Below are positions 1 to 10,894 of a stretch of DNA of 64,000 bases, piece after piece. The stretch covers positions 9,159-73,158 of IMG/VR virus record IMGVR_UViG_3300043446_000899; one strand, 5' to 3'. This stretch comes from a virus. The notes below the pieces were generated by a model. That model made no database searches. It saw only the letters and a list, made by a program, of their open reading frames with translations, and was not told the origin of the DNA. Positions within the stretch are counted from its first letter, which is position 1; every line of letters starts with the position of its first letter. The translations under genes and the position numbers were made by a program.

Positions 1-3000
1 ACCATCTTTTGGTTTAGCTGGTAGCTTACCATTTTGAATGTAGTCAATTAACTCTTCAGCTAATTGTTCCTCTATTTGTATATCTGTAGCATCAGAGTAT
101 TTAAGCTCCTGACCAGTAGCTCTATCTGTAAAGCTTCCTGCTCTAGATCTAAATTCATCTCTGATGCTATTGCGTTCCTCTGGGCTTGTAAACATTCTGT
201 AAACACCATGGAACACCTCATGATATACCGTACCAGTTTCTGCACCTTCATATACATAGATAGCACCATCTTTGAACATACCAAACATCTCTTGTCCAGC
301 AGCATTTCTAATGATGTTCTTAACTCTATATACAGGAAGATTAGGGAATTTATCTTTTAAGAACTTCTCTACTTTAGGCCAGTTCTCTTTTTCAAATGAT
401 TCTTCTTGATTTTGTAATTTAGTACGGAAAGGAGCATCGTCCTCAGTTTCATTCATTTGTCTTCTCATCAACTCCTCATCACTCTCAGAGATCTTGTTCT
501 CTTCAATAATAGGAGCTACAGCCTTAGCCTCCTCTTTAACTGCAGCTTGCTCGTTTCTAATCTTCTGAGCAATAGATGCAGCAATCTTACCAGCTTCCAC
601 TTTAGCAAAAGCAGCAGCGTTATCTGCAGCCATCTTAATAGACTCTGGATTAGTTGGGTCAGTTGTAACAAATTCAATCTCATCTAAATTATTGAAGTTA
701 GGGATAAAGTGAACTGTACCAAAAGTAGGATTACTGATTGTAGTTAACTTACCATCTTCAATAGCATTAGCAACATCAGCTTTAGGAGAACCTGGAGTTA
801 ATGTTTTAGGAGCTTTTACCTTTGGAAGAGGAGTAGCATATCTGTCAGCCATATCTGTAGCTACAAAGTATACACCTTGTCTGTTAACTTCATCTTCATT
901 AGATACAGCTTTGATGTTAGTAGTCAAAGGAATATCTTCACTGTTTCTTCCTTCAGAAGATAACAAGTATGATTGATAGTTCTTCCATTGTTTAGATTCT
1001 ATCTTACCATCTTTTACACCAAGGATTTGTTCGTAAGGCAATGTCCAGTTTTCAACACTGTTAGTTTTTAATTCACTAGATACAGATGCTGATCTAACAT
1101 TATGATACATGTTCTGTAGGTTAGCAATGATTTCTGTCCTAGCAGCTTCTATACCAGCTTGTGTGAATGTGTATGTTTTACCTTCATTACCCATGTGTAA
1201 CTTACCTTTCTCAAACCACACACTATTTACACCAGGAGCATTGTAAGGTTTACCCCAATATACAGTACTTCTCAACCAGTTAACTAATCTCTTAGCATTG
1301 TCTGATTGTAAATTAAATTCACTGTTTGCAATCTTTGCAAGTTCTAATACTGCATCGTAAATTACAGCAGCCTGCTTCTCGCTATGTTTGTTGTTCTGTA
1401 ACATAACATAACCGTTAGCAGCTTTTAAGAATATCTTACCTAATGGATTTGTATAAGAAGTAGAACCTCTTGTAATTGCACCATCAGTTGTAGGAACATA
1501 TAATACAGCCTTTGTATTTAAATCAGAAGGCTTAATTAAATCAGCACTTGTTACAGCAGTTTTGCTGTTAGCTACAGTTTCAGCTTTACCAAAAGAAGCT
1601 TCTATCGTATGAGGAATTAAGCTAGTCTCAGATAGAGTTTCGTTAACCCATGCTGTATACTTAGCAATAATATCTTCTTTTACCTCTTCTGGAGTACCTT
1701 CTCTGAACATACTCTTTCCACCATACTTCTCACTCACCTTGAACTTAGGATCAGGCATCACTTGATACACAGCATCTTCTACTGTAGGTTTAGCAAGTGG
1801 TTTACCGTCTTTACCAATAACAGTTAGTTTATCCCCTATTTGTTCCACCATTACAAATGCAATAGTCTTAGCAGGATCTACATCACTGTCACCTTTTAAA
1901 TAAACCATTAATCCAGATAAACCTAATTGAGCCTCATTAGCTTGTGTAACATATACACCACGGATGTTCTTTCTGTTAGGGAAGCTGTTTAACTTAACTC
2001 CAAAGAAGTTAGAGTTTCTGTATCCAGGGATTTGTTGAGATGCAACAGTTGCTCTAGGAAGAACATCTGTTGGTTTAGTTGCACTAGGAGCAGTAGCTTG
2101 TTCTGTACCTCCCACTTCACTACCTATATCTAAAGTATCATTTAACTCTTTAGCAAGTTTATTGTCTTTAGCAATCTTTTCAGCTTGCTTCATGAATGCT
2201 TCAGACTCAGTTTTAAACGCTGCCTCAATTTCATCAATCAATTCAGGATTATCCTGCTCATTGATATGTTGTAATAATGTTTTTTCAGCATCTTCTCCAG
2301 CAGGCATTGTATCAGCTACATCTTTATACTTAGGTTGACTAACAACTCTAGTAATTACATTATCCAATAAGTTAGCCAATTCATCAGATGTATTATCTAC
2401 GTCACTAACTTTATAAGCTTTAAATTGCTCAGGAGTCAAGAAGCTAGTTCTTCCGTTAGGAAGTTTCACCTCATACTCTCCACCAAGAGTTTGTGCTTGA
2501 ACTGTTATCTTAGGGGCTAATACTAAACCATTACCATCTCTGATATAAGATTGGTCTAAAGAATACTCTTGACCTACGGTCAATTCTTTCTTCTTAGTCT
2601 TACCATCTTCAACTTGTTGTACTTCAACTGGAGCTTCTTCTTCATCAGCCAATTGTGTTCTAACCTGATACTTTTCAGGGTTAGCTTTAATATCATCATA
2701 TTGATCAATGAATAACTTTCTACGTAAAGAAAGTTCAATAGTATCAGTTAATGCTAACTTAAGGTCATCCTTCACTTCAGAAGTTACATCCATGTTATTG
2801 ATTTGCTCAATAGCAGCTTCTGTTGCTTCTTTGTTAGGTTTCTTGTTTGTAATAATATCTGTTAATATAGTAGTGGTATCAATACCAGCTTCTGCTAATG
2901 GAGCATTCACTTGAGGGATACGTGTATCATAGTTCATGATTTTAGCACCAGCGTATACCATCTTATCAAGTACTTGAGTGGAATACTTTCTGTTACCTTT

Positions 3001-4938
3001 ATCATCAATCTCACCAGAGTATCTTAAATCAAGAGACTTGTATAACTCTTCTACTTGTCCAGCTACCTTCTCAAAGTTATTAAGTCTTTGTAAGTAGGTT
3101 TCAACAGTATCGTTAATGTTAGCAAGTCCTTGTTCTTTAAGTTGACTTAATCCACCTTCTGTCATGCCATCTCTTTTCAACTCTTTGATGTCATCAGAAA
3201 TCATATCAAATCTACCATACTTGATACGTGGGGCTAAGTAGTTATGTAATAAATCTGCTTCAAGATCTTTAGCTTCTAATCTATCACCTTGAAGAATAGC
3301 GGCTTGTTGTTGCTGTTGCAACATTACACCTCTATTAATGCCATCCATTCTATCTTGGAAGGCTTGTTTAAATGATGGTGTGCTATTAAGTGTATTAACA
3401 AATGCTTGGGTATTTTCAGCAACAGCTCTGTTTTGAGCAATGTTACCACGAATCTGCATCATTCCTCCAGTGATACCACCAAGTAAAAGGCTTTCCATAC
3501 CTTCTTTAGAATTCAAGACACCTACACCTTTACCTTCTTTGTTGGTACCATTTAAACCATATAAGAATCCATCTACCCAAACATTAGCATTGTTTGTTTG
3601 GAATGCTTTGTTATAGTAGTTCTGAACACCAACTTGTAAGCCAGTTTGTAAACCTTCTTGCAATGCCTCTTTAGGATCAAATGCATATCTAGCTACACCT
3701 TTAGCTTTGTCATAAATTTTAGCAAACTTAGTTGCAGCTTCTTCAGCTACATATTTACCATCTCTTAATACAACATTATCAATTTGTCCCATTAAGCTAT
3801 TAGCAGCCTGCTTACTAGCAGAATAAGAAGATCCTAATATCTTAGGAAGTTGTACATATTCTGTAGCACTCAAGATAGCCATGTTACCAAAGAATGAAGT
3901 TTTACCTACAGTCTCAGCTTCTTTGTTAATTTGATCTAAGTCTTCACCAGTAGGCTCAACACCATTAGCTTCTACATACTGAGCAATTGCATTCTTTCTA
4001 TATTCTCTACTTGTTTGTAATGCTTCAAAAGATGCTTCACCTGCAGAAGAATATGCAGCAATAGCTGTTCTTCTACCAATGTCATTAATCTTAAATAATG
4101 TATTTGTTTGAGATGCAATCTCAGCTAACTCAGAAGACTGAGCAGCAATATCTGCAACAGATGCAATACCTTTCTCCAATACAGCAGCAGCCTCAATGTT
4201 TTTACCAACACTGAAAGCTCTTGACATATTCTTTAATAAAGGAGTGAAAGTTTTAAATGACTGAGAAGCTTCAGCTCCTACAGCATATGCATCAGCTAAT
4301 GCACCAAGAGCACGTCCTGCTTTTAAAATACCAGCATTAGCAATATTACCACTAATCATTGCACCTACAGCATACCCACTGTTCTTTACCAACTTATCAA
4401 ATAAGAAGTTTGGTCTGAACCAGTTGTCTGTAGAATACCAGTTAGCTGTTGTTTCTTTTGTACTATAATAGTTAGGTAGATACTCTTGGTCTACTTTATT
4501 GTTCCAATCATCTAATCCTCTTAAAATACTGTTATCCCAAATGTCAGCAAGTCTTCCAGAGAAGGTTGCTTCTAATGCACCTTCTAACATACCAAAGCCA
4601 CCAATAGTTGTAGTGGCAGCTAAGTTTAATCCTTTCAAGATACCATTGGCAGCTTGAGTTCCCCAAGATTGAGCATTAGCTTTTTGATTCTCAATATCTG
4701 TAATGTCAGGACTGAATATAGCATAACGTCTATTGTCATATAGTTCCTGACTAGTAACTGTAGGAGCCATATCATTTACAATAGGACCTTTACCAAAGAA
4801 ACTATCTACAGCACTTTGGCCACTACCCAAACTTTGCTGATACCCAAATCTTCCAGTAGAAGCTGGGTTATCCAAATTAGGAAGCGTTGAACTTTCGTTC
4901 TTTAGAATAGGTTTGAGGTTTTGATCAAAATCTGGCAT
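1..4938 (-). CDS. giant virion/internal protein (>1645 aa), C-terminal part runs past window start; HEVFH zincin-like motif at ~208-222
   Basis: Minus-strand ATG at complement of 4936-4938 (MPDFDQNLKPILKNESSTLPNLD...). Uninterrupted frame to position 1. Absent from the ORF track, consistent with having no in-window stop. Translation of 181-300 gives ...GAIYVYEGAETGTVYHEVFHGVYRMFTSP. Confidence 0.65.
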   Translation of the reverse strand, partial: MPDFDQNLKPILKNESSTLPNLDNPASTGRFGYQQSLGSGQSAVDSFFGKGPIVNDMAPTVTSQELYDNRRYAIFSPDITDIENQKANAQSWGTQAANGILKGLNLAATTTIGGFGMLEGALEATFSGRLADIWDNSILRGLDDWNNKVDQEYLPNYYSTKETTANWYSTDNWFRPNFLFDKLVKNSGYAVGAMISGNIANAGILKAGRALGALADAYAVGAEASQSFKTFTPLLKNMSRAFSVGKNIEAAAVLEKGIASVADIAAQSSELAEIASQTNTLFKINDIGRRTAIAAYSSAGEASFEALQTSREYRKNAIAQYVEANGVEPTGEDLDQINKEAETVGKTSFFGNMAILSATEYVQLPKILGSSYSASKQAANSLMGQIDNVVLRDGKYVAEEAATKFAKIYDKAKGVARYAFDPKEALQEGLQTGLQVGVQNYYNKAFQTNNANVWVDGFLYGLNGTNKEGKGVGVLNSKEGMESLLLGGITGGMMQIRGNIAQNRAVAENTQAFVNTLNSTPSFKQAFQDRMDGINRGVMLQQQQQAAILQGDRLEAKDLEADLLHNYLAPRIKYGRFDMISDDIKELKRDGMTEGGLSQLKEQGLANINDTVETYLQRLNNFEKVAGQVEELYKSLDLRYSGEIDDKGNRKYSTQVLDKMVYAGAKIMNYDTRIPQVNAPLAEAGIDTTTILTDIITNKKPNKEATEAAIEQINNMDVTSEVKDDLKLALTDTIELSLRRKLFIDQYDDIKANPEKYQVRTQLADEEEAPVEVQQVEDGKTKKKELTVGQEYSLDQSYIRDGNGLVLAPKITVQAQTLGGEYEVKLPNGRTSFLTPEQFKAYKVSDVDNTSDELANLLDNVITRVVSQPKYKDVADTMPAGEDAEKTLLQHINEQDNPELIDEIEAAFKTESEAFMKQAEKIAKDNKLAKELNDTLDIGSEVGGTEQATAPSATKPTDVLPRATVASQQIPGYRNSNFFGVKLNSFPNRKNIRGVYVTQANEAQLGLSGLMVYLKGDSDVDPAKTIAFVMVEQIGDKLTVIGKDGKPLAKPTVEDAVYQVMPDPKFKVSEKYGGKSMFREGTPEEVKEDIIAKYTAWVNETLSETSLIPHTIEASFGKAETVANSKTAVTSADLIKPSDLNTKAVLYVPTTDGAITRGSTSYTNPLGKIFLKAANGYVMLQNNKHSEKQAAVIYDAVLELAKIANSEFNLQSDNAKRLVNWLRSTVYWGKPYNAPGVNSVWFEKGKLHMGNEGKTYTFTQAGIEAARTEIIANLQNMYHNVRSASVSSELKTNSVENWTLPYEQILGVKDGKIESKQWKNYQSYLLSSEGRNSEDIPLTTNIKAVSNEDEVNRQGVYFVATDMADRYATPLPKVKAPKTLTPGSPKADVANAIEDGKLTTISNPTFGTVHFIPNFNNLDEIEFVTTDPTNPESIKMAADNAAAFAKVEAGKIAASIAQKIRNEQAAVKEEAKAVAPIIEENKISESDEELMRRQMNETEDDAPFRTKLQNQEESFEKENWPKVEKFLKDKFPNLPVYRVKNIIRNAAGQEMFGMFKDGAIYVYEGAETGTVYHEVFHGVYRMFTSPEERNSIRDEFRSRAGSFTDRATGQELKYSDATDIQIEEQLAEELIDYIQNGKLPAKPKDG

Positions 4939-4940
4939 AG

Positions 4941-7511
4941 TTATTTTCTGTAGATTTGAGAAAAATCATATTTAGGATAAGACTCTTTTAACAGTTTTAA
5001 TAGTGTGTCATCTGTTAAATTACTTAATTGTTGTTTACCTTGATCATATCCAAGTCTTTGAGATCTGTTTTTTCCAGAGATTTCAAATGTTTGATATGAA
5101 CCATCGTTCTTCATTAAGTGAATCTTTGGTACAAATTGTCCTTTGTACTTAGCATCTTCATCTAACTGAGCTGTTACTTGGAAGCTATGGATATTAGGGA
5201 AGTCACCAAACTGAGTCTGCATAGGTGCAGATTGAGGTTTTCCATTAACATTATTACTACCTCTACCAGCTCTAATTCTTAATGCATCTTGTTTATTAGT
5301 ATTTACATATTGAGCTCCAAATGTTTTGATAGCTTGATCTTGAGTCATGTTTAACACTTGATCATTTTTCATATCAGTAAGGTCTCTAATGATTGCTTGA
5401 TATCCATCAGCAGTTTGACGAAGTAACACTTTAGTATTCTTTAAGTTGTCACCTGTAAGTCTCTTTGCAGCTGTTTCAGTACTGTAGTTCTCATCAGCAG
5501 CAATTTCTTTAGCATCAGCAGCTCCAATAAATGCAACTAAGTTATTAGCAATGTTTGTTGGTACCATATGGTCCTTACCAAAACCTATACCTGTAATTGT
5601 TGGAACTAATTCAGCAACTCTAGAACCTAGCTTTTGTCTGAATAGATCATCTGTTTTCTTTGCAATATCTTTTTCCACACTACCATACTTAGTATAATAA
5701 CTATGTGCTTTTTCAATCAACTTTGCAAACTCAGGATTTGATCCATATCCTGACTTTTTAAATTCTACTTGACGTCCATTAATATTTAATCTATATTCAC
5801 CAAGAGGAGCTTTATCAATACTGTATGTAATAGTACCATTTCTAACACCATCCATAAATGATTTCTCATCTAAAGCTATTGGTAAACCATCGTATGTTCT
5901 AGAGGATACTCTCTTACGTGGATCAAAGTTAGCTTGTATATAAGCTTCTCCTTGTGCTCTCTTAGCAGCAAGACCATGATCTTTTAAAACCTCAGCAGTT
6001 GCTTCAGCTCTTGTAGACTCTTTTAAGTTCTTTAAATCATTGAAATATTGTTGTTGCTTTAAGATGTCTTGGATAGTTCCAATTGCTGTAGCAGGAACAT
6101 TAGCTTTATTACCATTCTTAGCATAGTCAGCAACCATACCATTAACTTGAGCATCTGTAAAACCTTGGTTCATCAAAGATTGCTTATCTCCTATGATAGT
6201 CTTTGCAACATTAGACATGTGACCATCTAATCTCTCAGGAGACTTTAATGTATTATCAGTTGCATTACCTTCTTCTACAGGAATACCTGGAGTACCAAAA
6301 GCAGCTTGCATATCAAGTTCTAATTGTTTTTCATCAACTATCACCTTTCTTTCTTGTAAAGCAAGACTTTTTTCTCCTTGAATTCTTTGTCTATTTTCAG
6401 ATGCCCACTTAAGATCCATTTCTTTAATCCAGTTTTCCTGAGTCTTGAATGGATTTGTTTGGTAGCTATAGTCTTCATTTCTCCACTTGAAACCATTACC
6501 AAACTGTTGGAAGAAACCTTGTGTATACAATGCTTCCTTCACCTTATTTGGGTTGGTTCTAACCATCTCTAAGTTAGCTTTAGCTTGTGCATCTAATGTG
6601 CCAGGTTGACCATCAACACCTAATCTAGTTTCGTAATACTTAATTCTCTTCTCAAGTTGTGAAGTTAACACTGGATCTTGTACTTGAGTGGTTAATTGCT
6701 CTTTTAAGTTGGCAAGCTCAATTGCATCATTCTTTTTAGTTTCAGCTAAGTCAGTGTTGATGATAAAATTTAATTTATCTTCAGACACATCTCTAAACTT
6801 AGATCTACCATCAATAGCTAATTGGTTATAAGCTTCTGCAGATAACCCAGCTCTCAAGGCTGTTTCAATCTGACCTTCTGTAACACCTTCAATTTTATTA
6901 CGTTTCATTGCATCCCCAATAGCTTTACTATTAATCTTACCATCTTGTATTAAAAATGGAATATCAATAGATCTTAGTTCAGGATGCAAGTTCTTTATAA
7001 TCTCCAAAGCTTCTTTACTAACATCTCTATATTGAGAATAGCTAGCTTGTAGCTTTGCTCCAGGTGTTTTACTCTCTATCCAAGGTTTAGCTTGTGCATA
7101 GAAATCTTCTATATTGTTTGCACCTGCTTTACCATCAGTTTGGTCTTTTTCAATTCTAGATAGAATCTTTCTAAACTGTGCTGTTTGAGCAAGAGCGTTT
7201 TGGACATTAGGGTCTTTAACAATTTGAGTTGCCATACCCCCTACAGAGTTAACTAATTGCTGATTAGAGAAATCTCCAGCAGCAACCATTTTAAGATTAT
7301 CTCCTAGACCATCAAGCTTAGACTGTAAGTATGCTTTATCTCCTTCATTGTATACATCCATTCCAGCTATGTTATCCATATAGGACTGGATCTTTTGCAC
7401 ACCAGCGTCATACTGAGCCTGTTTGTACATGCCCACTTTCACCATTGCGTCTGTAGGCAATTGTGCTATATAAGGATTAAATTTTGATATTTGGTCTGTA
7501 AATGAAGCCAT
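4941..7511 (-). CDS. large virion-associated protein (856 aa), function unknown
   Basis: Long ORF in the structural arm, tightly spaced with its neighbours. No motif recognised. Confidence 0.6.
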   Translation of the reverse strand: MASFTDQISKFNPYIAQLPTDAMVKVGMYKQAQYDAGVQKIQSYMDNIAGMDVYNEGDKAYLQSKLDGLGDNLKMVAAGDFSNQQLVNSVGGMATQIVKDPNVQNALAQTAQFRKILSRIEKDQTDGKAGANNIEDFYAQAKPWIESKTPGAKLQASYSQYRDVSKEALEIIKNLHPELRSIDIPFLIQDGKINSKAIGDAMKRNKIEGVTEGQIETALRAGLSAEAYNQLAIDGRSKFRDVSEDKLNFIINTDLAETKKNDAIELANLKEQLTTQVQDPVLTSQLEKRIKYYETRLGVDGQPGTLDAQAKANLEMVRTNPNKVKEALYTQGFFQQFGNGFKWRNEDYSYQTNPFKTQENWIKEMDLKWASENRQRIQGEKSLALQERKVIVDEKQLELDMQAAFGTPGIPVEEGNATDNTLKSPERLDGHMSNVAKTIIGDKQSLMNQGFTDAQVNGMVADYAKNGNKANVPATAIGTIQDILKQQQYFNDLKNLKESTRAEATAEVLKDHGLAAKRAQGEAYIQANFDPRKRVSSRTYDGLPIALDEKSFMDGVRNGTITYSIDKAPLGEYRLNINGRQVEFKKSGYGSNPEFAKLIEKAHSYYTKYGSVEKDIAKKTDDLFRQKLGSRVAELVPTITGIGFGKDHMVPTNIANNLVAFIGAADAKEIAADENYSTETAAKRLTGDNLKNTKVLLRQTADGYQAIIRDLTDMKNDQVLNMTQDQAIKTFGAQYVNTNKQDALRIRAGRGSNNVNGKPQSAPMQTQFGDFPNIHSFQVTAQLDEDAKYKGQFVPKIHLMKNDGSYQTFEISGKNRSQRLGYDQGKQQLSNLTDDTLLKLLKESYPKYDFSQIYRK

Positions 7512-7597
7512 GATATAAGAATTAGCAAATGTAATTTAAATTATTATAAATACCAAGAGTTTTAACTGTTTTGATTAACTTGGTATAACTGAATTGA

Positions 7598-10500
7598 TTA
7601 GATGTTTTTAAGAGCTTTTACAATAGCACCGTTTCTTTTTTCTTCCTTTCCTTCATTCTTAAACTTCTTTTCATAAGCATTAGTAATTGCCTTTGCTTTT
7701 TCATATTCAGACATGTTACCTAATGAGTTGGCACCTACCGTAGGATTGTTAAAGAAGTAAGGATTGTTTGCATTGTAAACAGTACCTGCCTCATTGAATC
7801 TGTATCCATATAAGTTCTCCATAACATTCAAGTTTCTGTTCTCAAGCTTGTTCTGTGCAATCTTGCTAGCAATAGAACCAAGAGCTTCAATAGCTTGTTC
7901 TTTAGTCTTAGACTTAGCTGTTGCTTGTCTAACTTGTTGAGTATCAAGGATTCCTATGTTCTTTAATACAGCATCATTAATTGCCGCTCTATTAGCTTGA
8001 TAAACTTGAGCTTTATTAGCTTGGTTGATTCTCATTTGCTCACCCAACACTTTGTTCTTAAGATCAGCAGCTTGACTCATAATGTAAGCTTGAGAAGCAG
8101 GGTCATTACCAGCAGCTCTAATAGCAGCTCTAGATTGAGAGTCAATAGCATTTACTTGATCTTGTAATGAAATGTCATAAGGATTATCCAACATTGGCTG
8201 ATATGTTTGAGCATATACAGGCTCTTGTTGGTTACTACCTAATGCATACATCTCACCCATAAGTTGATTTGGATCTAATGTAGACTTAGTGTGAGGTCTG
8301 AAATAATCACCTAATCCAGAAGCCAATGTTAAAGCAGCTGTATTCCAATCAAACTTACCTTTACCTTTTTTACCTTTAGGTCCTTTGATATCACCTGGCA
8401 TATCTTCAATGCTAGGAGGATGATCAACAGTTTTTCTCTTTGCAGAAACTGTAACATCTGGTAATGAGTTACCTGTATAACCTGGGCTATATGGAACAAT
8501 GTTATTGTTAGTAGCATTATTTGGATTTAAGAAAGGAGCTTTTTTAAGGAAGTCTAATACTCCAGAAGCAGGTGCAGGGGCATAAGGGATAGTAACATTA
8601 TTGTTAACTCCACCCTTACTAAAATTAGAATATGCATTATATAGAGCACTATTTTGTTTAGCACTTCCTACATAGTCTTTAGCTTTCTTAACGATTCCTA
8701 AACTTTCTGCAAGAGCAGCTCTTGATGACTTATCTGTCTTTTGGTTATTCTTTGCTAGTAAATCTACAATAGATCCACTCTGAGCTTTTGACAACTTCTT
8801 ACCATCTCTACCAATTAATGGGTCTTTGATAGGCTTGATTTGTCCTTTGGATAAACCATCACTCTCTACACCAAACTCATTGGCTGTATCAAGGATTGCA
8901 TTCTGTACCATTGCAGCTGCTTGCTTCTTACCAGCAATATCTTTTAATTTCATATTAGCTCCTAATAGGTTAGCACGGCTAGCATTCATTGCTAATTGAT
9001 CAAATGGATTGTCACTATCAATGCTATTAACCGTTTTAATTGATTTGTCTATAATTCTATTTTGTTTAGCCTCCACCTTGCTAAGATCTGCAATGTAGTG
9101 TTTAAACTTCTTACCTTTAGCTTTGTCATCACCAATCTCTTTAACACCATAGTCAGGAATCATCATGTTACCAAATACTACCAAGTTTCCATCTGGAGAA
9201 CCACCATCTGCTAATTTAACAGCTGGTTCACCACCTTCTACCTCTACACCATTCTCACCATAGCTAATTGGCATACCACCATTGTCATGAGAAGGACCTC
9301 TGAACATTACAGTTTCACCACCTTCTGGTAAGTATGGATTATAAGACATTGTTTCAGCTTTGCCACGGTGAACTTTTAAATCACCACCCATAGCAAATTG
9401 TTCTCTTCCTGTGTACATAGCCTCTGCACTAGGAGGAGTGTATTCTTTTAAATGACCACCAGCACGTAACATATCTGCATCATGAGGAGGCTGCAATAAG
9501 TCTTTTAACTTATGTTCACCAAATGTAGCAATCACCTGTGGCTGCCAATCATTACTTACCCATCCACCATCTTCCATATTGCTAGAATATGTAGAATGTA
9601 TATTCTGAGCACCTTGTGCCCAAGCAGCTCTTTCTGTATTCTTCTTTGTTGTATCTTGGAAACCTGCAAGCTTATTAGCATCATCAGCACCACCTAATAG
9701 GTTACCAGCAACACCACCTAAGAATCCACCAATAGTACTACCTAATGGACCAAATGCACTACCAATTGCAGAACCTACACCTTTACCAATAGATGCTTGA
9801 CCTGAATCTTGAAAGTAATCACCAAACTCAGCTGTAGGTAAGTTACCACCGTAAGCATATTGTTTAACATCACCATTGCTTAATGGTGTATATCCAAGGT
9901 TTGAATATATATCTAAAGGGCTATTATATGAATTCTGAATTTCTGTTTTATTACCTCCAACAGTTGTACCATTCTGAGCAAGGTAGTTTGTACCTCCACC
10001 TTGAGGATTACCTAACTGTCCTGGTTGTACCAACGTATCTTCTGGTCTTACGTATCTATTTTTTTGTAATTGAGGTTGTGACTCAGCAGCCTGTGCAGTA
10101 AGTCCTGATATCTGAGCAGATTGATCTGCTTTCTTAATAGCTGCTTTTTGTTCTTTGATTTGACCAATACCTTGTAAGATTTGAGGAGCAGCATTTAAAA
10201 CTCCTAAACCTGCAGCTTTGCCAGCAGCACCTAATCCTTCAGATGTACCTAAAGTTTTTAATCCTCCAACAAGACCCTTACCTTTAAACATATTTTGACT
10301 AGCATCCATGATACCTTTAGACGTACCTTTTCCACCAAACATGTCAGCAAGTCCACTACCAAGACCACCTTGTTTTTGAAAACCTGTTCCAATAACATTA
10401 CCTAGTTTTGTAAAATCAAAACCATTCTGAGCCATTGGTAAACTATAACCATATTCACCTGTATCACCTTCAGTAAAATGAGTAGCAACTTCAGATAACA

Positions 10501-10876
10501 TATTTCCAAAACCACCATCATCTTGTTTAGCAGGAGCAGCATTAGCAGCAAGAGCTTGTGTGTCTTGTTGTTTCTGATACTGTTCTTTAGTAATACCCAT
10601 GTTGTTAGCAGAAGCACCTGCCATTAGATCATTGAATGCCATAGGTTTAGCATTAGGAGCTGAACTACCACCTCCAATCATTGTACCTACTTGTGCTTTT
10701 GGTTCGCCACTAAAATCAGTTAACTGATCTAATTGTTCAGCCACCATAGCTTTTCCCATAGCAGCTTTCTTGAATGCTTTACCATGAGCCTTCATAAATG
10801 CTTCTTCTGTAGGATACTTCTTGTAGAATTCCTTTTCAGATTTAACTTTAGCGATCTTTAAGAGTTGATCTTTCAT
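7598..10876 (-). CDS. Gly-rich large virion protein (1092 aa), candidate internal/ejection or tail protein
   Basis: Long ORF. Low-complexity G/A/K-rich stretches (GGLGSGLADMFGGKG...). Sits in the structural arm. Confidence 0.6.
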   Translation of the reverse strand: MKDQLLKIAKVKSEKEFYKKYPTEEAFMKAHGKAFKKAAMGKAMVAEQLDQLTDFSGEPKAQVGTMIGGGSSAPNAKPMAFNDLMAGASANNMGITKEQYQKQQDTQALAANAAPAKQDDGGFGNMLSEVATHFTEGDTGEYGYSLPMAQNGFDFTKLGNVIGTGFQKQGGLGSGLADMFGGKGTSKGIMDASQNMFKGKGLVGGLKTLGTSEGLGAAGKAAGLGVLNAAPQILQGIGQIKEQKAAIKKADQSAQISGLTAQAAESQPQLQKNRYVRPEDTLVQPGQLGNPQGGGTNYLAQNGTTVGGNKTEIQNSYNSPLDIYSNLGYTPLSNGDVKQYAYGGNLPTAEFGDYFQDSGQASIGKGVGSAIGSAFGPLGSTIGGFLGGVAGNLLGGADDANKLAGFQDTTKKNTERAAWAQGAQNIHSTYSSNMEDGGWVSNDWQPQVIATFGEHKLKDLLQPPHDADMLRAGGHLKEYTPPSAEAMYTGREQFAMGGDLKVHRGKAETMSYNPYLPEGGETVMFRGPSHDNGGMPISYGENGVEVEGGEPAVKLADGGSPDGNLVVFGNMMIPDYGVKEIGDDKAKGKKFKHYIADLSKVEAKQNRIIDKSIKTVNSIDSDNPFDQLAMNASRANLLGANMKLKDIAGKKQAAAMVQNAILDTANEFGVESDGLSKGQIKPIKDPLIGRDGKKLSKAQSGSIVDLLAKNNQKTDKSSRAALAESLGIVKKAKDYVGSAKQNSALYNAYSNFSKGGVNNNVTIPYAPAPASGVLDFLKKAPFLNPNNATNNNIVPYSPGYTGNSLPDVTVSAKRKTVDHPPSIEDMPGDIKGPKGKKGKGKFDWNTAALTLASGLGDYFRPHTKSTLDPNQLMGEMYALGSNQQEPVYAQTYQPMLDNPYDISLQDQVNAIDSQSRAAIRAAGNDPASQAYIMSQAADLKNKVLGEQMRINQANKAQVYQANRAAINDAVLKNIGILDTQQVRQATAKSKTKEQAIEALGSIASKIAQNKLENRNLNVMENLYGYRFNEAGTVYNANNPYFFNNPTVGANSLGNMSEYEKAKAITNAYEKKFKNEGKEEKRNGAIVKALKNI

Positions 10877-10894
10877 ATTAATCTATTGTATGAT

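Noticed and set aside
64-2914. Plus-strand ORFs 64..360, 457..687, 2708..2914 and minus ORF 72..305
   Set aside because: They are embedded in the giant minus-strand frame that runs from 4938 to 1. Translations are low-complexity or leucine-rich noise.
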